From an uncultured Peptoniphilus sp. (GTDB lineage: Bacteria > Bacillota > Clostridia > Tissierellales > Peptoniphilaceae), in the NCBI GenBank assembly GCA_902489255.1, contig CABTZF010000001.1, positions 9,032 through 73,031 on the forward strand: DNA of 64,000 nucleotides, written 5' to 3'. A program made the translations under genes and the position numbers. This document shows, in pieces, positions 11,448-20,669 of the stretch; the stretch's first letter is position 1; each line of letters starts with the position of its first letter. Under the pieces are notes generated by a model. It saw nothing but the letters and a program-made list of their open reading frames with translations. It searched no databases and was not told where the DNA came from.

Positions 11448-12137
11448 ATGTATTATTACGGTTTTCAATACCTATATTATTTAATACCAGGTATTATATT
11501 GGCAGTGTATGCACAAGCTAAAATTAGTGCAGCGTATAATAAATATAGTGACATTTATTCAAAAAGAAATATCAGCGGTTCTCAAGCTGCCAGATATATC
11601 TTAGATAAAAGCGGGTTAAATTATGTATCTATAAATATAATTGAAGGAAAACTTACTGATAATTATGATCCGAGAACTAAGACATTAAATTTATCAAGAG
11701 ATGTTTATGAAAGTACATCCATAGCATCTATTTCCATAGCTGCCCATGAAGTTGGTCATGCTATTCAAGATAAATTAAATTATATGCCCATGCGTTTTCG
11801 TGAAACTTTAGTACCGCTTGCAAACCTGGGAACGACTTTGTCCATGTGGTTTATTATTGCCGGTTTTATTTTTTCTTATATTTTAACAAAAGTAGGTATT
11901 GCACTCTTTTTCTTTGCAGTGTTATTTCAAATTGTTACTTTACCGGTGGAATTTGATGCATCAAGAAGGGCAAGGCTTGAAATTGAAGAATTGGATTTTT
12001 TAGATACTGATGAATTAATAGGAACTAGGCAAGTCTTAGGAGCTGCTGCATTAACATATGTTGCTGCTACCCTTACAGCCATTGGTCAATTTTTAAGATT
12101 AATTGCATTAATAGATGGCAGTAGGAGAAGAAGATGA
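11448..12137 (+). CDS. membrane-associated zinc metallopeptidase (YugP-like, Zn_peptidase_2 type)
   Basis: 229 aa with an N-terminal TM segment, HEVGHAIQ zinc motif and C-terminal TM helices. Confidence 0.75.
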   Translation: MYYYGFQYLYYLIPGIILAVYAQAKISAAYNKYSDIYSKRNISGSQAARYILDKSGLNYVSINIIEGKLTDNYDPRTKTLNLSRDVYESTSIASISIAAHEVGHAIQDKLNYMPMRFRETLVPLANLGTTLSMWFIIAGFIFSYILTKVGIALFFFAVLFQIVTLPVEFDASRRARLEIEELDFLDTDELIGTRQVLGAAALTYVAATLTAIGQFLRLIALIDGSRRRR

Positions 12138-13429
12138 AGAACATCAGAGAGAAAGCACTTTTTATTATTGACGACATCTTTAATAAAGGTGCTTTTTTAG
12201 AAGAAGAAATTAACATTTTAAAGTTATCAAAAATTTCAACTAGAGATTTTACCTTTGTGAGAGAACTTACAACCGGGGTAGTCAGAAATAAAACTTATTT
12301 GGATTATGTAATAAAAGTTAATACTAATTTTAAATTAAAAAAAATTCATAGAATTATATTAATAATTTTGGAAATGGGAATTTACCAATTATATTTCATG
12401 GATAAGGTTCCTAAATATTCAGTAGTAGATGAATCTGTTAAATTAGCCAAAGTATATGGGAATAAAGGGTCTATTTCTTTTGTAAATGCTATTTTGAGAA
12501 ATATTGGAGGAAAGGAAAAGCAAATAGTAAAAATTAAAGATTCAATTGAAAATTTATCTGTATACTATTCACATCCTAAGTATTATACAAAATATTTTTA
12601 TGAAAATTATGGAGTTGATTTCACCAAAAAGTTACTTCAGGCTAATAATAAAATTGCTGATTTTATTATTAGGGTAAATACTCTAAAAATATCTAAAAAG
12701 GAATTAATAAGCTTATTAAACAATGCTAATTATATAGTTAGGGAAGGAAAATTTGAAGATTCTTTAGTTATTGATAATCCAAAAGATATATTTGAAACGG
12801 ACTTGTTTAATATGGGATATTTTTATGCCCAGGACTATTCTTCAATTAAAGTGTCTCAAATTTTAGACCCCAAAAAAAATTCAAGAGTTTTAGATTTATG
12901 TGCTGCTCCAGGGGGTAAAACAACACATCTGGCCGCTATAATGGAAAACACAGGGCAAATAATCGCCTGTGACAAAAATGAATATAAATTAGATTTAATA
13001 AGAGAAAATGCAAAACGTTTATCAGTGAATAATTTAAAACTTATGATTAATGATGCTCTCTTATATAATGATGAATTTAAAGAATCCTTCGATTATGTAC
13101 TTATTGATGCACCTTGTTCAGGACTTGGTTTATATAGGAGAAAACCTGATATAAAGTGGAAGAGATCTACTCAAGATATAGAAGCTTTGGCGGAAATCCA
13201 AAGAAAAATTATTAATAACGGTGCAAAATATGTTAAAAATGGAGGAACTCTTGTTTACTCCACATGTTCTATATATCCTCGTGAAAATGATGATGTAATT
13301 TGTAATTTCCTTAGTGAAAATAAAAATTTTTCTCCAGTGGAAATTAATGGCGAAAGGATTTATAAATTATTTCCTTTTGAAAATTGTGACGGTTTTTCAA
13401 TTGCGAAACTAAAAAAATCAGTTGATTAA
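12134..13429 (+). CDS. rsmB: 16S rRNA (cytosine967-C5)-methyltransferase
   Basis: NusB-like N-terminal domain, SAM site DLCAAPGGKT, catalytic Cys motifs DAPCSG and YSTCS. Conserved fmt-rsmB position. Confidence 0.88.
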   Translation: MKNIREKALFIIDDIFNKGAFLEEEINILKLSKISTRDFTFVRELTTGVVRNKTYLDYVIKVNTNFKLKKIHRIILIILEMGIYQLYFMDKVPKYSVVDESVKLAKVYGNKGSISFVNAILRNIGGKEKQIVKIKDSIENLSVYYSHPKYYTKYFYENYGVDFTKKLLQANNKIADFIIRVNTLKISKKELISLLNNANYIVREGKFEDSLVIDNPKDIFETDLFNMGYFYAQDYSSIKVSQILDPKKNSRVLDLCAAPGGKTTHLAAIMENTGQIIACDKNEYKLDLIRENAKRLSVNNLKLMINDALLYNDEFKESFDYVLIDAPCSGLGLYRRKPDIKWKRSTQDIEALAEIQRKIINNGAKYVKNGGTLVYSTCSIYPRENDDVICNFLSENKNFSPVEINGERIYKLFPFENCDGFSIAKLKKSVD

Positions 13430-13507
13430 ACTCTTAATTGTTAAATATCAAAAATAGCTTTTTCTTATAGAATGTATTTGTTATAATACTAATAAATAGG
13501 TGGTGCT

Positions 13508-14554
13508 ATGGTATTAAACTCGATGTCTTTAGATGAACTAAGAAATTATTTTCTGGAAAAAGGGGAAAAAGCATTTAGAGCAAATCAATTATATACGTTT
13601 TTTCATAAAAATAGAAGATGGGACGTTGAAAATTCCAATTTATCTAAACAAACATTGGAAATAATTAAAGCTGAAACTATAAACAAAATAGAGATTTTAA
13701 AAATTTTAGAGTCCAAATTAGATGAAACAAAAAAATTCTTATTTACCCTAGATGACTCAAACATCATTGAAGGGGTACTTATGAAGTATAATTTTGGCTA
13801 TAGCCAATGCATTTCTACTCAAGTTGGTTGCAGAATGGGTTGTGTATTTTGTGCATCAACAAAGGGAGGTTTAATAAGAAATTTAACTCCTGCAGAGATG
13901 TTAAATCAGATATATCTTGTTGAAAATGTGTATAAAATTCATGTAAACAATTTTATTCTAATGGGTTCAGGAGAGCCTATGGATAATTTTGATAATGTTA
14001 TTAAATTTCTTAAAATTTTACATTCTAAAGAAGGACACAACTCTTCTTATAGGAATATAACAATTTCGACATGTGGTTTTGCTGATGGAATTTATAAGCT
14101 TGCAGATACTAATTTGCCAATTAATTTGGCAATTTCTCTACATGAAACAAACGATAAAGACCGTTCGATATTAATGCCGATTAATAAAAGATACAATTTG
14201 GATGAACTTTCTAAAGCCTTAAAATACTATAGTACAAAGACAAATAAGAGGATTACTTTAGAATATGCTCTTATAAAGGGAAAAAATGATTCTGAAAAAA
14301 ATGCAAGAGAATTGAGAGATAGATTTTCAAGCAATTTATTTCATATAAATTTAATTCCCTTAAATCCAATTGATGAATATGATGCACAAAGACCAAAAAT
14401 TCAAGATATTTATAGGTTTAAAAAACTTTTAGAAGATTTGTCATTTAATGTAACAATAAGACGTGAACTTGGAAAAGATATTGATGCTTCTTGTGGGCAA
14501 TTAAGATCTAGATTATATAGAGGTGATTATAATGATAGTTGTTGGAGCAACTAA
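13508..14554 (+). CDS. rlmN: 23S rRNA (adenine2503-C2)-methyltransferase, radical SAM
   Basis: CRMGCVFC radical-SAM cluster motif, SGEP, and a C-terminal ASCGQL motif. Confidence 0.92.
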   Translation: MVLNSMSLDELRNYFLEKGEKAFRANQLYTFFHKNRRWDVENSNLSKQTLEIIKAETINKIEILKILESKLDETKKFLFTLDDSNIIEGVLMKYNFGYSQCISTQVGCRMGCVFCASTKGGLIRNLTPAEMLNQIYLVENVYKIHVNNFILMGSGEPMDNFDNVIKFLKILHSKEGHNSSYRNITISTCGFADGIYKLADTNLPINLAISLHETNDKDRSILMPINKRYNLDELSKALKYYSTKTNKRITLEYALIKGKNDSEKNARELRDRFSSNLFHINLIPLNPIDEYDAQRPKIQDIYRFKKLLEDLSFNVTIRRELGKDIDASCGQLRSRLYRGDYNDSCWSN

Positions 14555-15257
14555 TGTAGGCAAGTATAGAAAAAATAATGAGGATTCTTACTATATTGAT
14601 AAAAACGAAAGATTTTTTATATTAGCTGACGGTATGGGAGGTCATCTTGCTGGAGAAACAGCATCGCAATTAGCTACACAACTTATTAGTGAAAATCTAA
14701 TCAAGTTGGGCGAAAATCCTAAAGAATCTGATATAATAAAAGAAATAAAAGAATCTATCGAAAAAGCTAATACTGAAATTTTTAATGAATCAAAAGATAT
14801 TGAAAAATATAGAGGTATGGGAACAACACTTACAGTTGCCTATATCTTTAACAATAAGTTAATTTTTGCAAATGTTGGTGACTCCAGGATATATAGATTA
14901 AATCTAGAAGATAATGAAATATTTCAACTAACCAAGGATGATTCTTATGTTAATTATTTAATTGAAATTGGAGAAATTACTGAAGACGAGGCTAAAGTGC
15001 ATCCAAAAAAGAATGTTCTTACCAAGGCTTTGGGTACAAATGAGAAAGTTTCTTTTGATTTGTGTCAAATTGATCTAAAAAACAAAGATGTAATTTTACT
15101 ATGTTCAGATGGCTTAACCAATATGGTAAATAATGAAGATATTTTAAATTTAGTAAAAAATAACCAACCGTTAAAAACTCATGAAGTACTTATTAATGAG
15201 GCATTAAACAATGGTGGTATAGATAATGTAACTTTGATATTGATATATAATGAGTAG
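14532..15257 (+). CDS. stp: PP2C-family Ser/Thr protein phosphatase (Stp/PrpC)
   Basis: ORF 14523..15257; ATG 14532 follows an AGAGGTGA SD. RKNNEDS, ADGMGGH, GDSR, SDGL and GGIDNVT PP2C motifs. Partner of the downstream kinase. Confidence 0.88.
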   Translation: MIVVGATNVGKYRKNNEDSYYIDKNERFFILADGMGGHLAGETASQLATQLISENLIKLGENPKESDIIKEIKESIEKANTEIFNESKDIEKYRGMGTTLTVAYIFNNKLIFANVGDSRIYRLNLEDNEIFQLTKDDSYVNYLIEIGEITEDEAKVHPKKNVLTKALGTNEKVSFDLCQIDLKNKDVILLCSDGLTNMVNNEDILNLVKNNQPLKTHEVLINEALNNGGIDNVTLILIYNE

Positions 15258-15265
15258 GTGTTTAA

Positions 15266-17275
15266 ATGATTAGTAAAGTTTTGGGAAAAAGATATGAAAT
15301 TTTAGAAAAAATTGGCACCGGCGGCATGGGCAATGTATATAAAGCTCATGACAGAAGACTTGACAGAATTGTTGCTATAAAGGTTTTAAAACTTGAATAT
15401 AATGACGATAATAATTTCATCAGAAAGTTTAAACGTGAATCATTAGCAGCTGCAAGTATTTCGCATCCTAACATTGTCGGTATCTATGATGTTGGAAGTG
15501 AAACGTTGGATAATGAAGTAGTTCATTATATTGTTATGGAATATATTGACGGAAAAACGCTTAAAGATTTAATAAATGAAGAAGGTAGAATTCCTGAAAA
15601 AAGAGCTTTAAACTATGCCATCCAGATTGCAGAAGCTTTAAAAATTGCACATTCTAAACATATAATCCACAGAGATATAAAATCACAAAATATTATGGTA
15701 ACAAAAGATGATAGGGTAAAAGTTACTGATTTCGGTATTGCAAGAGTTGCTGACAATACTACTGTCACAGCTACTAATGCTGTTATGGGGAGCGTTCATT
15801 ATTTTTCCCCAGAACAAGCTAGAGGAGCTAAGGTTGACAACAGAAGTGATATTTATTCAATGGGTATTGTATTGTATGAAATGCTAACAGGAACTCTTCC
15901 GTTTGATGCTGACAATCCTGTATCCGTTGCTTTAATGCAAGTGCAAACAAGCATGCCCAGACCATCTGACAAGGTAAAGAGTCTTTCACAGGGCGTTGAT
16001 GATTTGGTTTTTAAGATGACTCGTAAAGATCCTAATAAAAGATATAAAGATGTTTATGATTTAATTAAGGATATAAAATCAATATTGATAAATGGCAAAA
16101 TTACTCAGCCGGTCAGCCAATACCAAAAAGAAGATTTTGATGAAACTGTATTGGAGAATCCTAACTTTGAGCCTGAAAATGAAAAAAAATACGTTAAGAG
16201 AAGGGACAGAGATTATGATAATGATAGAGAAATAGTTAAGAAGGAATTTAAAAGAAAGAATTCTGCAGCGCCGGCAATTTTAGGAGTATTTTGTGCTATA
16301 TTAATAATTTTTTTACTGGCAAAAGTAGCACCTAAAGCTATTGCCGGATTAAATACAAATCAGAAGGTAGAAAAAGTTGAAGTTGTTGATGTAGTTGGAG
16401 CTTTAAAAGGAGAGGCTGAAGCAAAACTTGATAGCCAAGGACTTAAATATAAAATAAGTACAGTAGAAGATGACTCAAAAAAATCTGAGGAAGTAATTTC
16501 TCAAGATCCGGTAGCCGGAACAGTTGTTGAAAAAGGAGCTACAATTAACCTTGTTGTAAATTCACTACCTGATGATGTAGAAGTTCCTGCTATTAAAAAT
16601 TACACCTTAGAGCTTGCTGAAGAAAAATTAAATAATAGCGGGTTAGAAGTGGGGGATGTTGAGTACATTTTTGATGATGAAATAGAAAATGAAAAAATTA
16701 TCTATACAGAACCTCAAATGGGTGAAAGAGTTGCCAGAGGAATGAAAATAAAATTATTCATTTCCAAGGGAAAGGATGAAACTCCTGTTACAATTCCGGC
16801 ATCTTATAAAGGATTGAGACCTGAAGATCCTAAAGCTGCTTTAGAAAAATTGGGTTTAGTTGTAAAAATAGAAGAAGGATATTCCGGAGATGTTGCGAAG
16901 GGAGAAATTTTTAAAATTGACCCAAAGGTTGGAAGTGAAGTTGCCAAGGGTTCAACAGTTACTCTTTATATTTCAAAGGGAGCACCCACAGAAGATATAA
17001 TTGATGAGTCTGAAACTTCAGATAATCAATCATCATCAAATACAGATAGCTCTGTAAAAACTTATAATTATAAAATAAATGTTCCTGATGATGGTAAATC
17101 TCACAATATAAAAGCATATAGAGTTCAAAATGCCAACGGAGAAGATGTCAATCCGGAAACTGTTTGGGACTATATTAGAGATCCGGGAACAACTGACAAT
17201 ATTAAACTTGTTGGTAAGGGAACTTATGAGATTTATATTGATGACCAATATGTAACAAGAGAAGTTGTAAAATAA
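15266..17275 (+). CDS. prkC: Ser/Thr protein kinase with PASTA repeats (PrkC/PknB type)
   Basis: Hanks kinase motifs GTGGMGNVYKA, HRDIKSQN, DFG and SPEQ; one TM helix (AAPAILGVFCAILIIFLLA); three PASTA-like repeats plus an extra C-terminal domain. Confidence 0.92.
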   Translation: MISKVLGKRYEILEKIGTGGMGNVYKAHDRRLDRIVAIKVLKLEYNDDNNFIRKFKRESLAAASISHPNIVGIYDVGSETLDNEVVHYIVMEYIDGKTLKDLINEEGRIPEKRALNYAIQIAEALKIAHSKHIIHRDIKSQNIMVTKDDRVKVTDFGIARVADNTTVTATNAVMGSVHYFSPEQARGAKVDNRSDIYSMGIVLYEMLTGTLPFDADNPVSVALMQVQTSMPRPSDKVKSLSQGVDDLVFKMTRKDPNKRYKDVYDLIKDIKSILINGKITQPVSQYQKEDFDETVLENPNFEPENEKKYVKRRDRDYDNDREIVKKEFKRKNSAAPAILGVFCAILIIFLLAKVAPKAIAGLNTNQKVEKVEVVDVVGALKGEAEAKLDSQGLKYKISTVEDDSKKSEEVISQDPVAGTVVEKGATINLVVNSLPDDVEVPAIKNYTLELAEEKLNNSGLEVGDVEYIFDDEIENEKIIYTEPQMGERVARGMKIKLFISKGKDETPVTIPASYKGLRPEDPKAALEKLGLVVKIEEGYSGDVAKGEIFKIDPKVGSEVAKGSTVTLYISKGAPTEDIIDESETSDNQSSSNTDSSVKTYNYKINVPDDGKSHNIKAYRVQNANGEDVNPETVWDYIRDPGTTDNIKLVGKGTYEIYIDDQYVTREVVK

Positions 17276-18132
17276 TGGAAGGTAAAATTGTTAAACTTAC
17301 AGGAGGATTTTATTATATAAAGTATGGAGATAAGGTTGTTGAAACAAGAGCCAAGGGAGCTTTTAGATACCTAAGCCAAAGTCCGATTGTAGGAGATAAT
17401 GTTGAATTTAATTATGATAAAAATACTCTGGGATATATTAAAAAAATATATCCCAGAAAAAATATATTAATAAGACCAAGGGTAAGTAATGTAGATTTAG
17501 TAGTTTTATTTGTCCCTATAAAAGAACCGGTTTATAATTTAACGCTAATTGATAAAATGATTGTTCAAATTGAAATGGCAGGAATTGATTTATTAATAGT
17601 TTTTAATAAAGCTGATTTAGATTTTGAAAAAGCAAAAGAATTAGAAAATATATATAAAAAGTCAGGTTTTGAAACTTTGTGTATCTCAGCCAAAAATAAA
17701 ATGAATATAAATCTTTTAAAAGATAAATTAAGAGGCAAAGTAGTTGCCTTTGCGGGAGTTAGCGGAGCAGGAAAATCAACAATTTCTTCTATCATTTTAT
17801 CTAGGGATATTGAAAGTGGCGAGGTTTCAAAAAAAACAGGAAGAGGAAAACATACAACCAGGCACGTAGAGTTGCATTCAAGTGGAGATTTTTATCTATT
17901 TGATACACCGGGATTCTCAGCTTTAGAGATTAAATTAAAAAAAGAAAATTTGTCAACTTACTTTAGGGAGTTTTCAAGATATTCAGGACAATGTAAATTT
18001 GTAAATTGCAACCATATTAATGAACCTAATTGTATAATAAAAGATAAGATAAAAGAAGGGGTCATACCTCTAAGTAGATATAATAATTATAAGTATTTAT
18101 TTGAAGAATTAAAGAAAAAGGAGGAGTTTTAA
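17275..18132 (+). CDS. rsgA: ribosome small subunit-dependent GTPase A
   Basis: Circularly permuted GTPase motifs NKADL, GVSGAGKST and DTPG. C-terminal zinc cluster CKFVNCNHINEPNC. Confidence 0.92.
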   Translation: MEGKIVKLTGGFYYIKYGDKVVETRAKGAFRYLSQSPIVGDNVEFNYDKNTLGYIKKIYPRKNILIRPRVSNVDLVVLFVPIKEPVYNLTLIDKMIVQIEMAGIDLLIVFNKADLDFEKAKELENIYKKSGFETLCISAKNKMNINLLKDKLRGKVVAFAGVSGAGKSTISSIILSRDIESGEVSKKTGRGKHTTRHVELHSSGDFYLFDTPGFSALEIKLKKENLSTYFREFSRYSGQCKFVNCNHINEPNCIIKDKIKEGVIPLSRYNNYKYLFEELKKKEEF

Positions 18133-18776
18133 TGCTTGCACCGTCAATACTATCGGCAGATTTTACAAATATTAGAGAAGATTTTAAAGTTATGAATGAA
18201 GAAGCCTGTAATTTTATTCATGTAGATATAATGGATGGAAATTATGTACCCAATATTTCATTTGGGCCAAGTATAGTAAGACAGTTACGAAAACTTACAG
18301 ATATTTCATTTGATACACACTTAATGATTGAAAAACCTGAAAACTATATTAAAGAATTTGCTGAAGCAGGCTGTAATATAATAACAATTCACCCGTCAAC
18401 TACCAAACATTTAGATAGAACACTAAGCTTAATTAAATCATATGGAATGAAATGTGGAATAGCCATAAACCCATCAGATGATTTACAAGGTTTAAAATAT
18501 ATAATTAATGATTTGTATTTAGTCCTAATTATGAGCGTAAATCCAGGTTTTGGCGGTCAATCTTTTATTGAAAAATCTTTAGATAAGATAAGAGATTTAA
18601 GAAAAATTATTGATTCTAATTCTTACAGGACGCTTATAGAAGTTGACGGAGGCGTTAAGTTAGATAATGCAAAGAGAATATTAAATGCCGGAGCAGATAT
18701 TTTGGTATCCGGTTCAGGCATATTTAACGGAAACGTAAGAGAAAATATAAAAAAATTCAAAGAACTAATGATATGA
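18132..18776 (+). CDS. rpe: ribulose-phosphate 3-epimerase
   Basis: HVDIMDG, MSVNPGFGGQ and EVDGG motifs. Confidence 0.93.
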   Translation: MLAPSILSADFTNIREDFKVMNEEACNFIHVDIMDGNYVPNISFGPSIVRQLRKLTDISFDTHLMIEKPENYIKEFAEAGCNIITIHPSTTKHLDRTLSLIKSYGMKCGIAINPSDDLQGLKYIINDLYLVLIMSVNPGFGGQSFIEKSLDKIRDLRKIIDSNSYRTLIEVDGGVKLDNAKRILNAGADILVSGSGIFNGNVRENIKKFKELMI

Positions 18777-19408
18777 AAAAGGCACTATTAATTTCCGGCG
18801 GAAGCAAGGTATCTAAAAGTTTAATAGAAAAGTATAAGGGAAGATTTACAATTGTTGCAGATGGCGGTATGAAAATGTTAAGAGAATATAATATAAAGCC
18901 TAACCTAATAATGGGAGATTTGGATTCTATGGATTTAGCTACAATTAAGTTCATTAGAGATAATGATATAAAAATTGGAATTTTCCCATCTAATAAAAAT
19001 TTAACAGATACGGAGATTTGTCTTAATAAATTAATAGAAATGGATTATAAGGATATAATTATTCTTTCGGCACGTGGCAGCCGTAGTGACCATGAACTTG
19101 CAAATATATTTTTGCTCATTAAACTATATAAAAAAAATATATTGGCAAAAATTGTTGATGGCAATAATGAAATTTATTTTTTGGGAAAGGGAACTTATAT
19201 TTTTAAGAAAGATAATAAAAAATATTTATCCCTTATATCTTTAAGTAAAAATTCAGTATATTCAACTAAAGGTTTTAAATATGAGGTAGAAAGTTTAATG
19301 ATTTCTAGAGATAATCCGGGTTTTGGTGTTAGTAATGAAATTAAAGATACTATAGGTAAAATAATTATAGAAAAAGGAAAAGTTTTTTTGATTAGGTCTA
19401 ATGATTAA
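18773..19408 (+). CDS. thiamine diphosphokinase
   Basis: 211 aa with GDLDS motif, and the conserved rpe-thiN position seen in Firmicutes. Confidence 0.8.
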   Translation: MKKALLISGGSKVSKSLIEKYKGRFTIVADGGMKMLREYNIKPNLIMGDLDSMDLATIKFIRDNDIKIGIFPSNKNLTDTEICLNKLIEMDYKDIIILSARGSRSDHELANIFLLIKLYKKNILAKIVDGNNEIYFLGKGTYIFKKDNKKYLSLISLSKNSVYSTKGFKYEVESLMISRDNPGFGVSNEIKDTIGKIIIEKGKVFLIRSND

Positions 19409-19418
19409 TAAATATTTC

Positions 19419-19447
19419 TTGCAAAAATTGTTTTTTTTTGATAAAAT
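19419..19447 (+). promoter_or_regulatory. sigma-70 type promoter upstream of rpmB
   Basis: TTGCAA (19419-19424), 17-nt spacer, TAAAAT (19442-19447). Confidence 0.45.
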
Positions 19448-19489
19448 AATTCTTGCGTTTACATTAGAAAAATAATTGGGAGGTGTCTT

Positions 19490-19681
19490 ATGTCTAAGAA
19501 ATGTGATATTTGTGGAAAACAAAAAGTGTTCGGAAATAAGGTCTCATTCTCTCACCGTAAAAGTAATAGAAGCTGGGCTCCTAATATTAGAAGAGTTAGG
19601 GCTGTAGTTAATGGAAGTACAAAAAGAATCAATGTTTGTACAAGATGTTTGAGATCTAATAAAGTTGAACGTGCAGTGTAG
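19490..19681 (+). CDS. rpmB: 50S ribosomal protein L28
   Basis: 63 aa, basic. MSKKCDICGK..SFSHRKSNRSWAPNIRRVR is the typical bL28 sequence. Confidence 0.93.
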   Translation: MSKKCDICGKQKVFGNKVSFSHRKSNRSWAPNIRRVRAVVNGSTKRINVCTRCLRSNKVERAV

Positions 19682-19704
19682 AAAGGGATTTAAAGTCCCT
19701 TTTT
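19682..19704 (+). terminator. rho-independent terminator after rpmB
   Basis: AAAGGGA(T)-TTAAA-(G)TCCCTTT hairpin running into a T stretch, immediately after the rpmB stop. Confidence 0.65.
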
Positions 19705-19751
19705 AAGTACACAAAATTATTTAAAGTTAAAATATGTGTATGGAAAAAATG

Positions 19752-19804
19752 AACTGACCGGCAGAAGTTGGAGTAAAATCCAATTAAAGCGGGTCGGTTT
19801 TTTT
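19752..19804 (+). terminator. orphan terminator-like compound hairpin
   Basis: AACTGACCGGC (19752-19762) pairs with GCGGGTCGGTT (19789-19799): 11 positions with one G-U and one mismatch. It encloses a nested TTGGA/TCCAA stem and is followed by a T run to 19804. No intact ORF upstream. Confidence 0.45.
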
Positions 19805-19890
19805 AGTTACGATTACATTTTTTATAATCCACTTTTTATAGGAATATTTTCAGTTTTTATATAAAATATATAGCAAAGGGTCATGTTTTG

Positions 19891-20124
19891 ATGGGAGAAG
19901 TTATACTCTTAATTGAAATAATTATTTTATGCTCTCTTTTTTTATGATATGCATTTTTGAAACGGGGATAGATAGAAAAATTTAAAAAATTATACTCCCT
20001 ACCCGGATGAAGTTCAAAAAAGAATAATGGAGATACCTGAGTATAGTGGCAAGTTTAAAGATAAAGGGACATTTGCTATATTTATGGAGAATTTTTTATT
20101 ATTTTTAGTATTATTTTTTTTTAA
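19891..20124 (+). pseudogene. decayed N-terminal fragment of a small polytopic membrane protein gene
   Basis: Three frames together read MGEVILLIEIIILCSLF / FMICIFETGIDRK / NLKNYTPYPDEVQKRIMEIPEYSGKFKDKGTFAIFMENFLLFLVLFFF. The shifts fall at a T run (about 19937-19943) and an A run (about 19975-19979). The reading ends at the IS remnant boundary. Confidence 0.45.
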
Positions 20125-20182
20125 ATCACAACAATAAGTTAGCCACTTTTGAATACTAAAGTAAACAAGTGATATAACTTTC

Positions 20183-20610
20183 CTAGCTAGCTAGGGAATT
20201 TTTTTCTATTAACTTAAATTCCTTCATAAATGCTTCTTCAGCAGTGATATATCCTAAAATCTTTCTTGGATAATTATTCATCAAATTCATTATTCTTTCT
20301 ATTTGTTTATCTGTGTATCTACCTATTTCTTCGCCATTTTTAATGAATCTTCTTATTAACTTATGTTGATTTTCACTTGTTCCTCTTTCATAGGAACTGT
20401 AAGGATGACAATAGTAAATTTTTACATATTCACATATTTTTGTTAAGCTTGAAAATTCTAGTCCATTGTCTGATGGCAGCTACATATTTTTTTAGAAATT
20501 TCCCTATTGCTATATCCTTCGCCTTTATATGCCTCTATTAAAATCATTTCTTTTTCTGAAAGATGGCTTCCTTTTATGTTTCTCTTTATGTAATTATTTA
20601 GATAAGTCAT
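20183..20610 (-). pseudogene. IS30-family transposase, internal deletion plus frameshift
   Basis: N-terminal HTH part MTYLNNYIKRNIKGSHLSEKEMILIEAYKGEGYSNREISKKI is joined out of frame to the C-terminal DDE part SDNGLEFSS..YYCHPYSSYERGTSENQHKLIRRFI..NNYPRKILGYITAEEAF. The two Asp-containing catalytic segments are missing. Confidence 0.75.
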
Positions 20611-20669
20611 GTAAACTTTATGATATATTAGTAATGACCAAAAAACCAAATTCACAAAGTTTACATGAC
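20606..20669. repeat. perfect 14-bp inverted repeat overlapping the transposase start codon
   Basis: GTCATGTAAACTTT (20606-20619) and AAAGTTTACATGAC (20656-20669) with a 36-nt loop, followed on the + strand by TTTTTTATTTT. Confidence 0.8.

Noticed and set aside
14523-14554. Gene overlaps of a few nt up to about 40 nt (rlmN/stp, rpoZ/coaBC, recN/nudix, plsC/ispH and others) as possible programmed frameshift or coupling sites.
   Set aside because: In each case an internal start codon with a better SD removes or shortens the overlap. The remaining 4- to 14-nt overlaps are ordinary translational coupling.
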